Below are positions 1 to 14,329 of a stretch of 64,000 bases of DNA, in pieces; within the stretch, counting starts at the first letter, position 1; the number at the start of each line of letters is the position of its first letter. The stretch is from Basidiobolus meristosporus CBS 931.73 (taxonomy: Eukaryota > Fungi > Basidiobolomycota), in assembly GCA_002104905.1 (NCBI GenBank), contig MCFE01000001.1, positions 62,001-126,000 of the forward strand. Direction: 5' to 3'. The notes under the pieces are model-generated. The model worked only from the letters and a program-made list of their open reading frames with translations, was not told where the DNA came from and did no database searches. The translations under genes and the position numbers were made by a program.

Positions 1-3000
1 AAGAACCTTGCAGTATTAATACTGGTGAAGATGATGAAGAGAAGATACTCTGTCTGCTTTGCAGCTTACCAGACAAGTATGAGCTACACATACTTTCTTT
101 TGATAGCAGACAAAATGAACTAACCTTAGACTATATTAAAGGAAGACTTCTCCATGAAGAACACAGATGTAATAATTAAGCAGAGAAAATTGACATAAAA
201 CTTGATTTGCCTCAGAAAGGCACACAGAAATAATGGCAACAACAAAACCAAAGAAAACCTGCTTGCTGTATCTACTGAAAGAAGCCAGGGCACTGGGCAA
301 AAGAATGCAAGAGCCAAGCAGACAAAAAACAGAAACTAGAGCAGGCAATCAATACAACTATAGATGAGCACTTATTTGTAGCAGCACATGATATTACTAG
401 TAATCAAAGTAGTGAACAGTATAAGTACTCCAGAGCATCACAGCATATTTGCAATATAATAGAGTTGCTCAGCAACTCAAAGACTATTCCAGTAAAAAAG
501 TTTATCTGGGAGACAACTCTGCACTGAAAGCTACTGGTTGTGGGTATTTGCTGATAAATATGAGTGACATCTCAGGGGCAACAACAGTAAACTGACTGAC
601 ATAATATATGTGCCTTGAATAGCTAAGAACTTACTCTCAGTTGGTAAAGCAACTACTCAGTAATTGGAATTTGTCTGTACTAAGCTAGGCTGCTTAATAT
701 TGAGTGAAAATGGGCAAATATTAGCTTTGGGAATCCAAGATTGCAATATTTACAAGTTACAATGCAATATTACTCTACCTGAGCAAGTCAGCATTGCTGA
801 AACTAATGAAATTAACTGGGAGACTTGGCACAGGAGGCTAATGCACATTGGAGAACAGAGAATGAACCAATTGGTAATAAATCAGCTTGTTTTGGGCCAA
901 AGCTACTCAATACCAATCAAATTAAGTGTCTTTAAGGAAAGTTCATATGGGAAACCAGATTGGCAATGTTTCAGGAGCTCAACAGGCAATAGTTCCCCAA
1001 AAATACTGGCTATTTTGCACGCACACATGTGTGGGCCCATGAAAAAACCCACCTTTGAAGCTAAGAGATACTTTATGGCGTTCAATGATGACAAGACACA
1101 ATATACATGGGTGTACTTCCACAAAACAAAGACTGAGTCTTGAGAGACATTCAAGCACTTAAGAGCATGGCAGAAATAAAAATTGGCATAAATTGAAGCT
1201 ATGTTAAAGAAACAATGGACAGGAATACTGTTCTAAGAAGTTTGCCATGTAGTGCTTAACAACTGTTGTACTTCAACAAACTACTGTTCTACATACTCTG
1301 CAGAAAAAAAGGAGTAACAAAACATGCAAATAGAATAATAGTACAGATGGGAGGATCTATATTACATGATTGAGGAATAGACTACAGGTTTTTGGCTGAA
1401 TCTGTTGCCACTGCAGTATACAGCAAAAATAGTTGCTGAACAACAGCACTACATGATTCTGCACCCTTTGAAGCTTATACAGGCAAAATCCTGACCTCCA
1501 GCAACTCCAAATCTTTGGCAGCAATTTATTCTATCACATTCCTGTCAAAAAAAGCCCATGGCTGGAACCAAAGCGCAACAAAGGGATCTTTTGTGGGTAT
1601 TGTGAAGGTAATAAAGGATATAGAGTCCATAATGGAAGAATTCAAAAGCTGATCAAGTGCAGGGACATTATGTTGGGGGGAATTTGGATCAGAAAGTCAC
1701 GGATATCATTGGTCAGCTGCCTGATGAACCAATCAACACTAATGAAGAAGATACATACCAAATTCAGCCAGATATGGAAGATAATTCTAACAGTTCCAGA
1801 TCAGAGCAGATTATCCCAGTTAGGAGATGTACCAGAGTAAGAAATGCCCCTAGGTCCTGGAGGCAGACATCCAATGATCATGAAGAAGCTTATCTTGCCT
1901 TATGTGCCCAACCTCAAAATCTGGAAAAGGCAATGCAAAGTCCAGATGCTGCTATATGGCAATAAGCTGTGCAGGAGGAGTACTAATCATTGAACAGGGT
2001 AAAAATATGGGAACTGGTTGATTTACCAAATGGCAGAAAGCCAATAGGTTGTAGATGAATCTACAAGATCAAGATAACATCAATGGTACTATTCATAAGT
2101 TCAAGGCCCATTTAGTGGCTAAGGGTTATTCCCAGTTCTGGGGACTAGAGTTTAAGGAAGTAGTTGCTCCAGTTACCAAGTTTAACTTTGTGAGGACAGT
2201 TGTAGCCCTGGGATCTGTACCCAGTCTGGATCTGCACCAAATGGAGGTCAAAACAGCATTTCTAAGTGGGAACCTGCACAAAACTATATATATGAAGCAA
2301 TCAAAAGGCACTACCAACCCAAAGGTCCCTATAAGGTGTGCAGACTCAGAAAATTGTTGTGTGGACTTAAACAGGCACCTTGAGCATGGTATAGCAAGAT
2401 TGATACATATCTAGAGGAGATTAGGTTTATATGTAGCACTACAGATTACAGTAAATAAGTGAAATTGTCTAAAATGGGTATGAGCATCCTAGTCCTTTAT
2501 GTGGACAACCTAATAATAGTTGCAAGTGACCAGGAGGCACTTAAATAGACAAAATTGAAACCTCTCAGAAATTTGAGATGAAACATCTTGGGAAGTTGGG
2601 CTATTTTCTTTAAATTGAAGTCAAATTTGATAAATGTATGCAAAAAACTGTGCTGCATCAGTCTAAGTAAATCAAGGACATTCTTAGATGCTTCAAAATG
2701 GAAAATTACAAGCTTGCAGCAACCCTCATGGACAATAACCTGAATTTGGGCAAATATCAGCCAGTATTAGTTGAAAACAGCCCTGATAACTGTCTACATG
2801 TCAAGATATTGTAGTGGCAGTAGAAATACTCATTCAATATATGCAAAATTATGGATTAGATCAAATTACAGCAGTTAAGCAGATTTTTGAATATCTATAA
2901 GGTATCATAAACATGCTGTCAGAATACTCTGGAGCAGCTAATAGACAAAAATCTGATGGCTTTAGTGATTCAGATTGGGATAGGGATCTGATTGATAGAT

Positions 3001-3193
3001 GCTCTACCATTGGGTATGCATTTCTATATGCTTGTGCAGCTATCTTCTGGGGTTGTAAGAAACAACCAACAGTGGCACTCCCACTACTGAGGCAGAGTAT
3101 ATGGCTTCTTGTCAAGTAACTAATGAGGCTATATGGTTGCCAAAATTATTTGAAGAGTTGGGTTTTAATTTAGATGAACAAACATATATTTAT
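1..3193 (+). mobile_element. Decayed Ty1/copia internal region (gag tail, protease, integrase, RT, RNase H); 5' end outside window
   Basis: Fragments ETWHRRLMHIG, LHAHMCGP, KFKAHLVAKGYSQ, HQMEVKTAFL and FSDSDWDRDLIDRCST in ORFs 664..1143, 2055..2414 and 2913..3119; many stops and frameshifts. Confidence 0.9.
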
Positions 3194-3562
3194 GGCTGAA
3201 ATATTGTCTATTTGGTATCAGTCAGCAGCTAAAAATTTACTTAACAGCTCTGAATTATTATCAGTTACTGTATGACTCATTTGCACCCTAACACTGCTTC
3301 TTCCTTTCAGATATATGATCTTATGAATGCTTCCCTATAGTCAGGATTAAAATAGTACTTTGACCAAGCATTTTGTATTAAACTTGAAACTGCCACAATG
3401 TGCTCCTGAATGTTGAGAAGCTCTCCTAACTTAGTGCTTAGAGTTGTACTACTTCTACAAAGGTATAAATACTGAGCTCCTTAATGAAAAAATAATAGAT
3501 CCACTAATATCACTTTTACTTGATAAGTTCCTTGAGTCCTAACCACTTCATAAATTGCAATA
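3194..3562 (+). repeat. Copia family-A LTR (3' LTR of the element above), ends approximate
   Basis: Aligns with 13852-14204 (+) and the LTR starting at 14482 (-): tgaaatatt...cagcagctaa and ctacaaaggt(a/c)taaatac. Confidence 0.7.
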
Positions 3563-4320
3563 GTTAGGTCAGCTCAAATTAATTCAGAGCTCATTAGGAT
3601 TATTAGAATGCATTCCAACTCTTGACAAATGCTTGCTAGTCCACTATCAAGTATTTAACTTTATTTTGCAGTAAAATCAGTAAAGCACTGATGCAGTCCC
3701 ATTATAAATCTGTGACTATGGTCAATAAATCCAAGCTGCCAGCATTATGACAGATACATTGCAGGATCTTGACAACTTATATGGATTTGATTAACCTGCA
3801 TGACCAAATCGGTTTTTGATTGGGATACCTTTGGCATTAAAAAGTTAAGCAGCCTATTACATGGGTATTTATTAAGTGAGACATAGTTGGGTTGAATGCA
3901 CCATGTTACTACTTTGAATGGAACAACTTGACTAAAGTATGCTAGGTATCACCTAGGTGCAGGTCAACTTCTGCACCTCTTAATAGAGGACTCTTGTCAA
4001 CAAGAATCAGTGTTGACCAATAACAAGGACTATACTATTACAGCAAAAAGGAATATATTGGCTGTGCACAATATTGCATTTATCAGATGGTACAAAGGCA
4101 TTAGTGGCAGAATTATTAGCATTTAGGCATGTGTTTGCAAGAGATTTATACAAATTGTTCTGATACTTAGTGCCACATTGTGCCATGAGTGCCAAGTACT
4201 ACCAGAGAGCCGTAGCAGACCTGTACATTGCCATTCAATGTGAAACCTCACTCAGCATCTTCATGCAAAGTAGCCCTGGTGTCTCACCTGTTGCACTGGA
4301 GAAACTCTATTCTTTGATCT

Positions 4321-5019
4321 TGTTGTATCCAAGTGAGAAGTGTAATTAAACACTTGAGCAATGTAACTGTGCCAAAGGGAAAATTCAATGCAGAATCTTA
4401 GGTTTGAGACAGAGTGGTAGAAATATTACCAGATAAATTCTGGTTTAACATTGGTCCTGGATTTTGCTGTGTTTGGCAATAAAGGTAATTGAAATGGCTG
4501 GCTATGCTTGCTAGACTTAAGGTTCTTGGAAGTGCTAGGTATACTAGGCTTGAGCAGAAGCTAGAATATTAATGTTGAACCATATTTTTGCTCAGATACA
4601 GTTTGAATTTTGTTAAGAAACATACTAAACCAAGAGGCGCAGTAAGCTTTATTTATACTTCTTGGATCCAAAAGAATTAGTAAGTGCCAAGCAACTAGAT
4701 TAATTAGAGTTTCAATGGGTCTTGATGGGTGCATAAGATAAATGAGAATTGTATCATCATATCTGCTGATGTCCTGGTAACTGCCATGTGGTTGGATAGA
4801 TATTAGGTGACTATTCACTTAGTAATGCTTTAGCAGATGAGTTGATAACATAATGACTGCATGAAATTGCCAAGGTTTGATATCTAAAAATAGATTCCAA
4901 GGCAGGAACAAGTAAACAATAACTGGGACTTCTTATGCATTTACTGGGGAAAATCAGTCAGATTACTAGATTTTCTAATTGAGTCAAATTTGGTAAGTTT
5001 GAAGTGTTTGTGTACAGCA
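4321..5019 (-). repeat. Solo LTR of gypsy family B (~699 bp) inserted in a MITE arm
   Basis: TG...CA ends; flanks gatct/tatct (4/5 TSD match); aligns along its length with 39708-40404 and, inverted, with 19182-19875. Confidence 0.75.
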
Positions 5020-5599
5020 TATCTATATCTTGGGATCAATGTTGGGGACCATTGGTATTTGCATACGAGGATTGAAGATATGCATGTGGGACTGAATAAC
5101 TCTGACACTTTGAATTTGGTTCAAAAACCCAGTAACTTGTCACTCAAGTGTAAAGCGCTAACTTAGTTGACTGATACTCTCTGTCACCATAAGTGCTTTA
5201 CATATGGTTCACTACAGGCCCAATGTCTAAATAAAGTGCCAGATAGCTCCAGTGGACCAAGATAGTGCCATGCATTTTTATAACAAGTTACAAACCTCTG
5301 GAGGTATATTTAGAGAATGTTCACTGTTTGATCATTTTTTGGATCAATGCTGTGCATTATGAGCAAGAGCACAGTGCAAATGAAGGGATCTAATTGGTAC
5401 TACCCTACAAGAAATTATTGTTATAATCCTGTCAAAAGGCCATCACAGACTCAAAGTTGTGTGACTAAGAAGTATTGATCTCATCAAGACACTGTGCAGA
5501 GACCGTTGAGAAATAATTGCACCCCAAATTTACAAAAACTTGGCCATAATCTCTCATTGCAACAGTATATTGGTAGCTTTTGATTGATTCCCTGCCAAT

Positions 5600-7790
5600 T
5601 TGCTCACTTTCTGATCCCAGACATTCAATCACCTCCTAAACTTGTCTACATTGATTGGCTGGTGCCTCTTTGGCACTCTCCTTACTTTCTGACTCAATTG
5701 TTTCTCTTACTCTTTATGCATACAAAGTGATTCATTTTTGCGGAAACTTCAGTCGCACCTCAGCTGCCTATTGGATTGACCTAAATAAGTCCCTGTACCC
5801 TACACCAACACAGAGCCCAGCCCCACATTCAACAAGTAACTCCATTAAAAACCAACACTCAATAAGTATTTCTGCTGCAATGCTCACTTTGCATGACTCA
5901 GGTAGGAACTCAACAGCTTTATGCCACTGTTCATTCACTGGTTTCCACATGTACTGGTCTTCAGCTGGTACTACAAGGTCTATCATCTCATCTGCCAGTC
6001 TTCACAATGGATCCTTGGAACATTCAAGTGCATTTTCTTAAGCACTGCTCTTGAAGATATGTTGCAAGCTCTTAGTGTGCCAACTAATGTTGCACAATTC
6101 CACTGAAGGTATTGTGATAATCTCTTGAGTCCTTGATGTTGTATCCTTGTCTGTCAGTGGGATCTCCACTCTGTCAACAATGGTGGATGTGGAGGCTGTG
6201 GTAGACAAATTGCCTTTCTCTGCAAACTAATTTACTTTGGTGGAGTGTAGCTCCACTGCCTGTACTTCCAACTCCTGAGAAAGCAGTTGTTTTTTGTTAG
6301 TAACTCTCTTTGTCTATGATGGGATTCAGGCTGTGCTGGGCTTGAGGTATAAATTGCAAGAACTGCAGTTTTTTTTCATGCTTCCCCGCAACAGACTTGG
6401 GTATGCATATTTCCCTTTACCTTTTCCTTTATCACTGCTGGGCCATTCACTGCTACTTTGTCTGAGTGCTTTTTATAGTGAACTACAGTTTCTCCTAGAT
6501 GCATTTTACTCTGACACATTTGTTTTGGCCTGCTTGTCCCTTGCTGACACTCTTCTGGCAGCCTGGCATTTTGTTACTGCTTGTTTTGAACTTTCAGCCA
6601 TAAGTGTGATGGGCTCCTGAGAAAGCTGCTTGTTTTTATTGCTGGGCAGTCCTTCCCTGATCCTCTGACTGAGTGCTTCTTGAGTGGCACTATGCTTTTT
6701 CCCTGATGAATATTGTGCTGGCACATTCATGTCTGCCTGCTTGGCCCTTATTGGCACTCTTTGAGCTACCTGATGTCTCTTTGACACTTGTTTGGAGCTT
6801 TTGGCCCTGTAACATGCTCTTGGGGAAGTCACTGGTTTTTAGCCATGGCACCCTTGTTCTTCTGCCTTTTATAGTTTCTGCTATTTTAAGCTACTTTTGT
6901 GGCATACCAATGCTGGCTCAAAATCCATCTGTACATTTGAATCCAGGATAATGCTAATGGATCACGTCAAGTGTATTCTGCTTGGCCTTGAGTTCCTGAT
7001 GGTCCCATGGTATGCCAGCCTTCTGACAACCTCTTGAATATTAGCCCACTCATCATTATAGCACTCAATGGCCTCATGGATCTTCAATGTCTTTTGATTT
7101 TTAGGCTTTGGTATAAGCTCCACATTGTCTCCCTCCCATGCTATGATAAGCTTTTTGGTGTGACTTACCTTTGGGCACTGTTGTTGTTCTTCAAAGACTG
7201 TATAATGTTCCTCTGTTGTTACATTGAGAAATGGCTCATTTTTGGCTGTGACATTGAGCTTCTTGAGTTCCTTCTTTGCAGCAAAGATACAGCATTCTCT
7301 ACCTGGTATATTGAATGCTCTATACATATTATCTACTCATTCTGTTTCTGGACTATTTTCTGATTTCCCTGGGCCAGCACATCTATCCTACAAATCACTG
7401 CACCTAACTGCTTCTTTAATGCTTTGGTATGAGTTGGCAACATAGTTGCTAATATGGGTGGTGATGTTATGACAGCCACTTGATGGTCATCAACTAAATG
7501 TACAGCATTTACTACACTCTTATCTGCCATAGCATTATGGTTGGCTTTTGGCTCCACAGAGATTTTCAGTTGCCTACTTGACTGAGAGACTGAGGAGTCT
7601 GTGTTATTACCTTCAATGGGCACACTGCAAACATGGCCTTTTTTGGATGTAGCCCTGCTTAATGCACTGAATGTCAAAGCAAGCTGTTGTCCAATGGTTC
7701 TTCTGCTGCTCTCAGCAGTGGGGTGTAGCTGAGAACCAGACATTTTTACTTTATTTTTGGCAGCATATATACAGAAGTGAATCAAATCAA
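5600..7790 (-). pseudogene. Decayed accessory gene of the CACTA-like unit (coiled coil, low-complexity repeats)
   Basis: ORF pieces 7333..7785, 6962..7327, 6506..6832 and 5768..5986 match 34664-36600 (+), e.g. AWEGDNV.xIPKPKNQK and LAVPAEDQ. Confidence 0.6.
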
Positions 7791-8099
7791 AGGGGACATA
7801 GTGTTATATACAAATGGGTATGTGGTGCCATAGCTTTGTTAATAATGCTTACTATGGTGGGTCATCATTGAATCTTACATTCATGTAGGTACAATGTCAC
7901 AAATACAAGACTGTCTTAAATTCAAATGATTACTGACCAAAAGGTGTTTTGATAGCATTTTGTTCCAGAAGGTCAAATTGTTTGCCCCATGGACAGGACT
8001 ATTTAATTCAATGCTGTGAGAGAAGAGAAAAAGACCATATAGCTATTGTAGCAAGCCACTCAGCCATAAAGCATGCAGACAGCATAGGAAGTACTACCA

Positions 8100-10780
8100 T
8101 AATGACGGCTGGTGTTTTGCCACATAAGTCATATCTGACCATTCATCAGTCACTACTGTACCAACATTATCTTGCAGGGGAGTGCATACGCCTATATTGG
8201 CACTTGTCCATCTTTGTAACCTTGTGCAAACTGAGTCAGATGAGTTTGTGATGTCTTTAGGCTCACCACAGCCTTCTGAATATGGCACACAGAGTGATAA
8301 CTCTGGCAAAGAAGGCTCACTGATGGATTGTGAGCCTATCTCCCCTGACAACAGTACCATGCATGAGCATGGTCAAGTCCCAATATTCAATGAGACAACA
8401 CCTGTTCAAACAAATGCCAAGGATACTTTAGTGAGCCATGTGAGCACAGTGATCTATCTACTTGTGATCAATGTAGTGTTGTGGCTAGAGAAGTGGCACA
8501 TTTCCACTAATATCAGTAATGGGGGCTTTGAGGATTTACTACTATTTCATGCCAAAGTCATTCCAGGATGCAACTTACCTTATACATGATAAAAGTGGTC
8601 AACCATCATGTGGCTGGCAAGATATAACCCAGAGACTCTGCTAATTTCAGCATGTGTTGACAGTTGCATAGCATTCACATCAAAAAATGACACCTTTGCA
8701 ACATGTCCAAATTGTTGGGAATTCACCACCATTGCGGGAAAACATTGTTCACACTCTAGATATATTGCAATAATGCCCTGTCTAAAGAAGTTAATACAGT
8801 CCAACAAATATTGGAAAGCTATAAAGTACTGCACTCAATATCTATCAAGTACAAATATATCCTATATATTTAATGGCAAGCATTACAAATAGCCAAGAAG
8901 CAGGGGCTACCTCAAAGGTATGTATTATCATGCCTTTGTCTTAGCACTTGATGGATTCTCATTAAACAGGTACTCTATCACGGAATTCTGCTGGCCACTG
9001 ATTCTCATCCACCTGAATCTCCAACCTATCTTACGGTATCAGAGCAATAATCTGATGGTAGTCTCACCGGTAACTGGGCCAAATCACTGTTCAACCTTGA
9101 TAGCTACCTGTATCCATTGCCCAATGAATTTTGTATGCTTTCCAGCAGGATAACAGTAAGTGGCCATCATGTCAAAGTGCATTTTACTTTCTGCATTGGA
9201 GATACCCCAGCCATCAGCAAGATAGACAGCTTTTCTAGGCACAATGCATGGTATTGCTGTCAAATGTGCAAGATCCAGGAGATTTTCTCCATATCTCACA
9301 TGCATTATTATTATCCAAACATCAACACTAAGAACATCATCTTCCCACAGAGAGAACATACAGAAGTCAACATACAATTGCAGCAAAGTAGGCAAGCTAT
9401 AAGCCATTGGCTGGAATAGGGAATCTGTTAGAAACCAGAGACACTTAAGATAGTTAGGTTCAAGCATAAGCTTTCCACTGGGAGCAATATATTTGCATTT
9501 CAACAATATCCCTAAACCAATGACCAAGTTGCGTATGGAGTATTTCAAGCTAAATGAACCCTTTGAGACACCAAAGAAATTTGAAAAAATTAGCAAGATA
9601 TTACAGAGTATCTGATACCCTAAGCACCTCTCATGGGCTCCAATCAGTATTCATATGCATATGAAACAATGTAAATGTCAGGACTAGATGAAATGGATAT
9701 GTATTTATTCAAGGGGTGTTCTGAAGCCATTTCCACCAAGTGTGAATTGGAAGTATTGTAAGTTTTATATGGATATTGTAGGAATATTTATCCAGAAGCA
9801 GATCACCAATGTCAACTGGACACATCAACAGTTGTTGTGCCAAGAGTCTGTAATGGGATTTGAGCGGCTTTACTACAAACACAAACTTGAACACATGGAT
9901 CTCTGCTGCTACTGTATCCATTCTTGACTCCATCTTGCTTGGTGTGAGGAGAATATTAGGCCTTGTTTCACCTTTTGGGAGTTTTCTATAGAGCAGATGT
10001 GTGGGAAGATAGGACAACAAGTCAAGTTGCAGGTACCACTAAATCCCAATCCCATCAAAAATATTACCTTTGAGTCCATGATGGATGTGATGAAAAGGTA
10101 AATGGAGGACAGCCAGGAAGATTTGGAAAATACCAAGGACAAATATGCACATAAAGACACCTATACCTATGGAATTAAGAAGCTAAGCAGCACCAATGCA
10201 AAGATATTTAGTTAAGTAATGCAAAGTTGGGTTAGGTGCAACAAGCAACACATTTTTATTAAGAAAGCTACCAAATTATGCTGGGTTTCTTTTGGTCACA
10301 AGTCAACTTCTGCACCAATTGACAAGGAATTCACACAAACAAGAGCCAGAGCACACCTATAAGGGGGACTAGAATCCAGCAGGAAGAAGGAATATATTGG
10401 CTAAATCCAAAAATCTCTTTGCAGATATTCAGGAGGTATTTGTGGCAGAAGTGGCAGCAACCAAGCATTTGTTTGCAAGATGTATACATTACCAGTGGTA
10501 CAAGGTATATGGCTACTTTGCAAGTATTATACTAAAAAGCCATAGAGTTGAGGTAATAAAAATATGTCAATTGTGGCAGGTGTGTGTGTTTGCGGAGGTT
10601 AGTATGCAGGAGACCATAGTATTTTGATTCAATCTATATGTGGAATACACAAGGTAGTAGTGGGTAAGCAACTACAGAGGGGTGATTCTGTAGTGCAATA
10701 TATGAATTGTACAAGGGGAGGTAGAAAAAGGAAAAACCATTTGGTAAATTGGTTCAGCAGCATTTTATAAAACTATCTTT
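8100..10780 (+). pseudogene. Decayed CACTA/En-Spm (Transposase_21-like) transposase, copy 1
   Basis: ACVDSCIAF..CPNC, IFNGKHY, LALDGF..CWPLILIHLNL and GDTPAISK..HNAWYCCQMC; multiple stops. Confidence 0.8.
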
Positions 10781-11139
10781 AGGCCACCATACGGCCATAT
10801 TAATGCCATCAGAGACTTGCAATGTGGCCTTCAAGACACTGTCAAGTTTATTCCTATACCAGGCAATTGGATGTACTGGCTGGTTAGATCTGTTCCAAAT
10901 TGTTGTACAGTGCACCAAGACTGCAACAATGCCATACAATTACAGCTACAGCACTAATCAGACCCTGTCAAGTCTTATAACTTTATTTGGCAGTAAAATT
11001 AGCTAGATACCATTGTGAGCCTGTCAAAAGATTGTTAAGAGAGTTATTAATTCTGAGCTGCTAGTATTATGATGGTATGCCAATGGGATCCTGATGGCTT
11101 CTCTGCATTGGATTCACCTGCAAGAACAACACATTTTTT

Positions 11140-11634
11140 ATAGGAACTCAATGCTCATGATACTCTGAATCTAGGCCCAAAGGTTTGTAATTTGTCACAA
11201 AAATGCGTGGTACTATGTTGGTCCACTGGTACCATCTTGCTCTATGAGTGCTTTGTACAGGTTTTACTCAAAGGATAAAACTTAAGCATGGTTCCAGATA
11301 TGAACAGCAGACCAAGTTAGTGCTATATCATTTTTGGGGCATATTACCAACTACTGCAGCTATATTCAGAGTGTCACAAGTCTTAAGTTCTAAATGCACA
11401 TCAGTAGTCCTTCTATTCTCTTACACATGGTCCCCAACATTGGTACCAAAGAAGAGGTCAAAAGGTGGATATCTTCCAGCACTGTAGATGGAGCTCAGTG
11501 GCTGCTTTGCATGAAGATGCAGAATTATACATGACAACATATGGTCAGGTATAGGTGTACTTTGTCTCTCTGCCAGGCTATGGCATTGTTTGGCACTCAT
11601 GGCTCAGTGCAGCACCATGCAATGAACCAAGTCT
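11140..11634. repeat. Partial foldback-MITE copy (inner left arm, spacer, full right arm with TIR)
   Basis: Matches 20160-20649, e.g. gctgctttgcatgaagatgcaga and tttggcactcatggctca...caagtct. Confidence 0.75.
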
Positions 11635-12199
11635 ATAGCACAGCAACAATGGTCAGCAGCAACTTTGCAAGATTACATTGTAAAGCTGTAAAGTAGAGAT
11701 GATTCAGGTGTAGTAATATGCTGCCTGTGTGAATGTACAGAGATTCTTGCAAAAAAAAGACAGTTTTTTTTATTCAAGCAATATTTGGAAACTCTTGATA
11801 GCTGTGGACAAGCAAACAAGGAGGCAAGACTTTGAAGGGGAGGAAGAGCAATAAAGCACTGATTGGTAAGCTGGGATAGTACACTATGCAAAACTAGCCA
11901 CAGGCCACTGTACTGTCATGATGTTGCCAACAGACACCTACATCAAGGCCATTAAAACATCCTCATGTCTTATACCATATAAGTCAGTTGCATTTTGTGG
12001 CCAGTTAGGTCTGCATTTGTTTGTGCAGACCACACAAGTGCATCCAAATCCCATGTTTGTCCTGCAAAAAGACTTTCAAGCATTGTCAAATTTGCAATTT
12101 ACTTGGCAGTAAAAACTGCAAAATACTGCTACAATTGCATCACAAGATCATAAAGAGGGATAGAGATTCCTGGCTGCTAGCATCATAGTGGCCCATTAC

Positions 12200-13850
12200 T
12201 GAGTTCCACTTGCTGATTTGAGTGATATTTTTACCAGTCCAGTATAAGAGTTGCTGAGAAATGGGGAGGTTAGTTAGTCCCAGGTGCACTTCCTAGTGGT
12301 TGGCAGTCTTGTAACAAAGTGAGTTTCTTATATCTCAAACTATCCACAGGGTCTGAGGGGAAGAGTTTAGCATTTTTTGGTGGTCAGCCATAGCTGATGT
12401 AGCAGTTTGGCTCTGATATTTGATTTGCATTAGTGCTGCTCCTTGAGGTACCATATCTTACTAAGATCACTTGGGTTACACTCATGGGAATTAGGCAAGT
12501 TGTAACTCAGTCTGGCAGGTGGTAGCACATATGTCCTGTTACACTTCTGCATCTTAGTGGCATGGATGCTCCAATCAATCAATGAGTCACAGCAGAGTAG
12601 CCAGCTTTTCCAAGTATATGGTCAATCTTACAGCTGTCATATAATTAGGCCTTAAGATCTTCAGCAAAGTCATTGATTGTGATTCGTGGTTTCACAGTGA
12701 TATGATTAATTATGTCAAAGCACCCATCAGCTTTAGTGACTGGAGCTGATTTGTTGAGTGCTGCAATATCTCCAGGATTCAAGGCATTCATAGGAAATAT
12801 ACTGATGCAATGCCCTTGATTCAATCATGCTCTTGGCAGGTACTCCATCAACTGCTCCATTCATATATGGAAGCTCTTTTATATAGGAGACTACTTGAGA
12901 TACTTTCCGCTTTCTGATGAGGTTGGATTCTTTTGTAAAGCATATATCTTCAGAGATACAGCTTCTAGTTGTTTTCTTTCAAGGTGATTGTAACCATTCT
13001 GAATGGTCATTATTGTCTTTACAATCTAGCTTGGCTGAGCCAAGTAGTTTTCTTCAGTCCATCTGCAAAGCACTCACCATCATCAAAGAAGTCCATTTTA
13101 GTAATTTGCGCAAGTTAACATCTATACTCATGTCTTTATTCTGGAACCATAGGTCTATATTATGGTATCTTCAGCTTCCATTGATGTAGTTTCAGCTGGT
13201 GAGGAGGCTCAAATATATCTAGAATCTTTAGCACATGTTCATCCCTGGTTGAAGTACCTGAGTGGTCCATTGTGCTGCCTGACCTTGTCATTTAACAGTA
13301 GCATTGCAAGCTGCATCTGCCAAATAACAAGCTTTATTAATCAACTTGATTTCTTGGGCTACTCCTTTAACCATGATGGCCTCCTCAATTTGGAAGTCCC
13401 ATGTTCTAAGATCTTTATTGACTTTACCGTGTAACATGTTGACCTTGCTAGTTAAAGTGGTAGATCACAGCAAACTCACACAATCTTTTGCACATGGGTG
13501 TCAATGTAGCTTCAGCATACCGCAGGAAGATTGCCTGAGCCTGTTCACCAACCTTTAAGCATTTGCTTGAAATAGAATCTTTATGTGTCAGCTCAATCTG
13601 GTGATTGCTCAAAGTATATAGTCCTGGGTGATTTTCACAAATAAGGACTGTTTATGACGCCATCCAGGGCTGATTTTGATGGGATCTACTATGGCTAGCA
13701 CTATCTCAATGAAACTATATTCTGGAAACTTGGTACTTATTTTCCCAAAGAATTGAATTAGAGTCCAGAATTTGGCTTGAATGGCCAATCAGGTCTTATG
13801 CTGATTAACCAAGGCATCTCTACTGGTCTTGATGTTGAACAGCCCTGTAC
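12200..13850 (-). mobile_element. Heavily decayed Ty3/gypsy gag-protease-RT remnant
   Basis: Minus-strand translation shows a protease-like VDGVPAKSMIESRA and an RT N-terminus-like APVTKADGCFDIINHITVKPRITIND; broken frames. Confidence 0.45.
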
Positions 13851-13851
13851 T

Positions 13852-14204
13852 TAGTGAAATATTTCACTATTTGGTGTTTTTCAGCAGCTAACATATAGAT
13901 AAAAAATCTGAACTACTTTTAGTTACTATGGGACACACCTAGAGCCTAAAATGACCATTTCCTTCAGATAACTGAGCCTATAATAGTCCCCCTATGTTTA
14001 AGATCAAGTTATTACTTTTACGCACACTATGTATTAATTGTGAAGCTGTTGCACAAAGCTCCTGAATATTAAGGCACTTTACCCCCTGTACTTCCTCTAC
14101 AAAGGTCTAAATACAGATCTTCTTCACAAGTAAACAGCAGTTCAATACTTATAACTGTTTTTTGATAAGTTTCTAATGTCCAAGACACTGCTCAAATAGC
14201 AACA
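13852..14204 (+). repeat. Copia family-A LTR, isolated
   Basis: Homologous to 3194-3562; ends in gcaaca; flanks gtact/gggct do not form a TSD. Confidence 0.75.
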
Positions 14205-14329
14205 GGGCTTAATATAAGCTTCCCCATATGGAGGTTACCAGCTCCTAGGTTTTTACTCTGACAGGTAATTGTTACTTCTGGTTGTTAGATTGTTGAGTAA
14301 CAGCCTAATGATTGAATTCTGCATTTTGA

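Larger units (their letters stand above)
4151..11634. mobile_element. Putative 7.5-kb TIR element or composite bounded by foldback-MITE arms, carrying a CACTA-type transposase and a divergent accessory gene
   Basis: Left end resembles the MITE TIR (ttgttc...tagtgccacattg). Right end is caatgaaccaagtct. ATA lies on both sides (4148-4150, 11635-11637). The left TIR is degraded. Confidence 0.5.
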
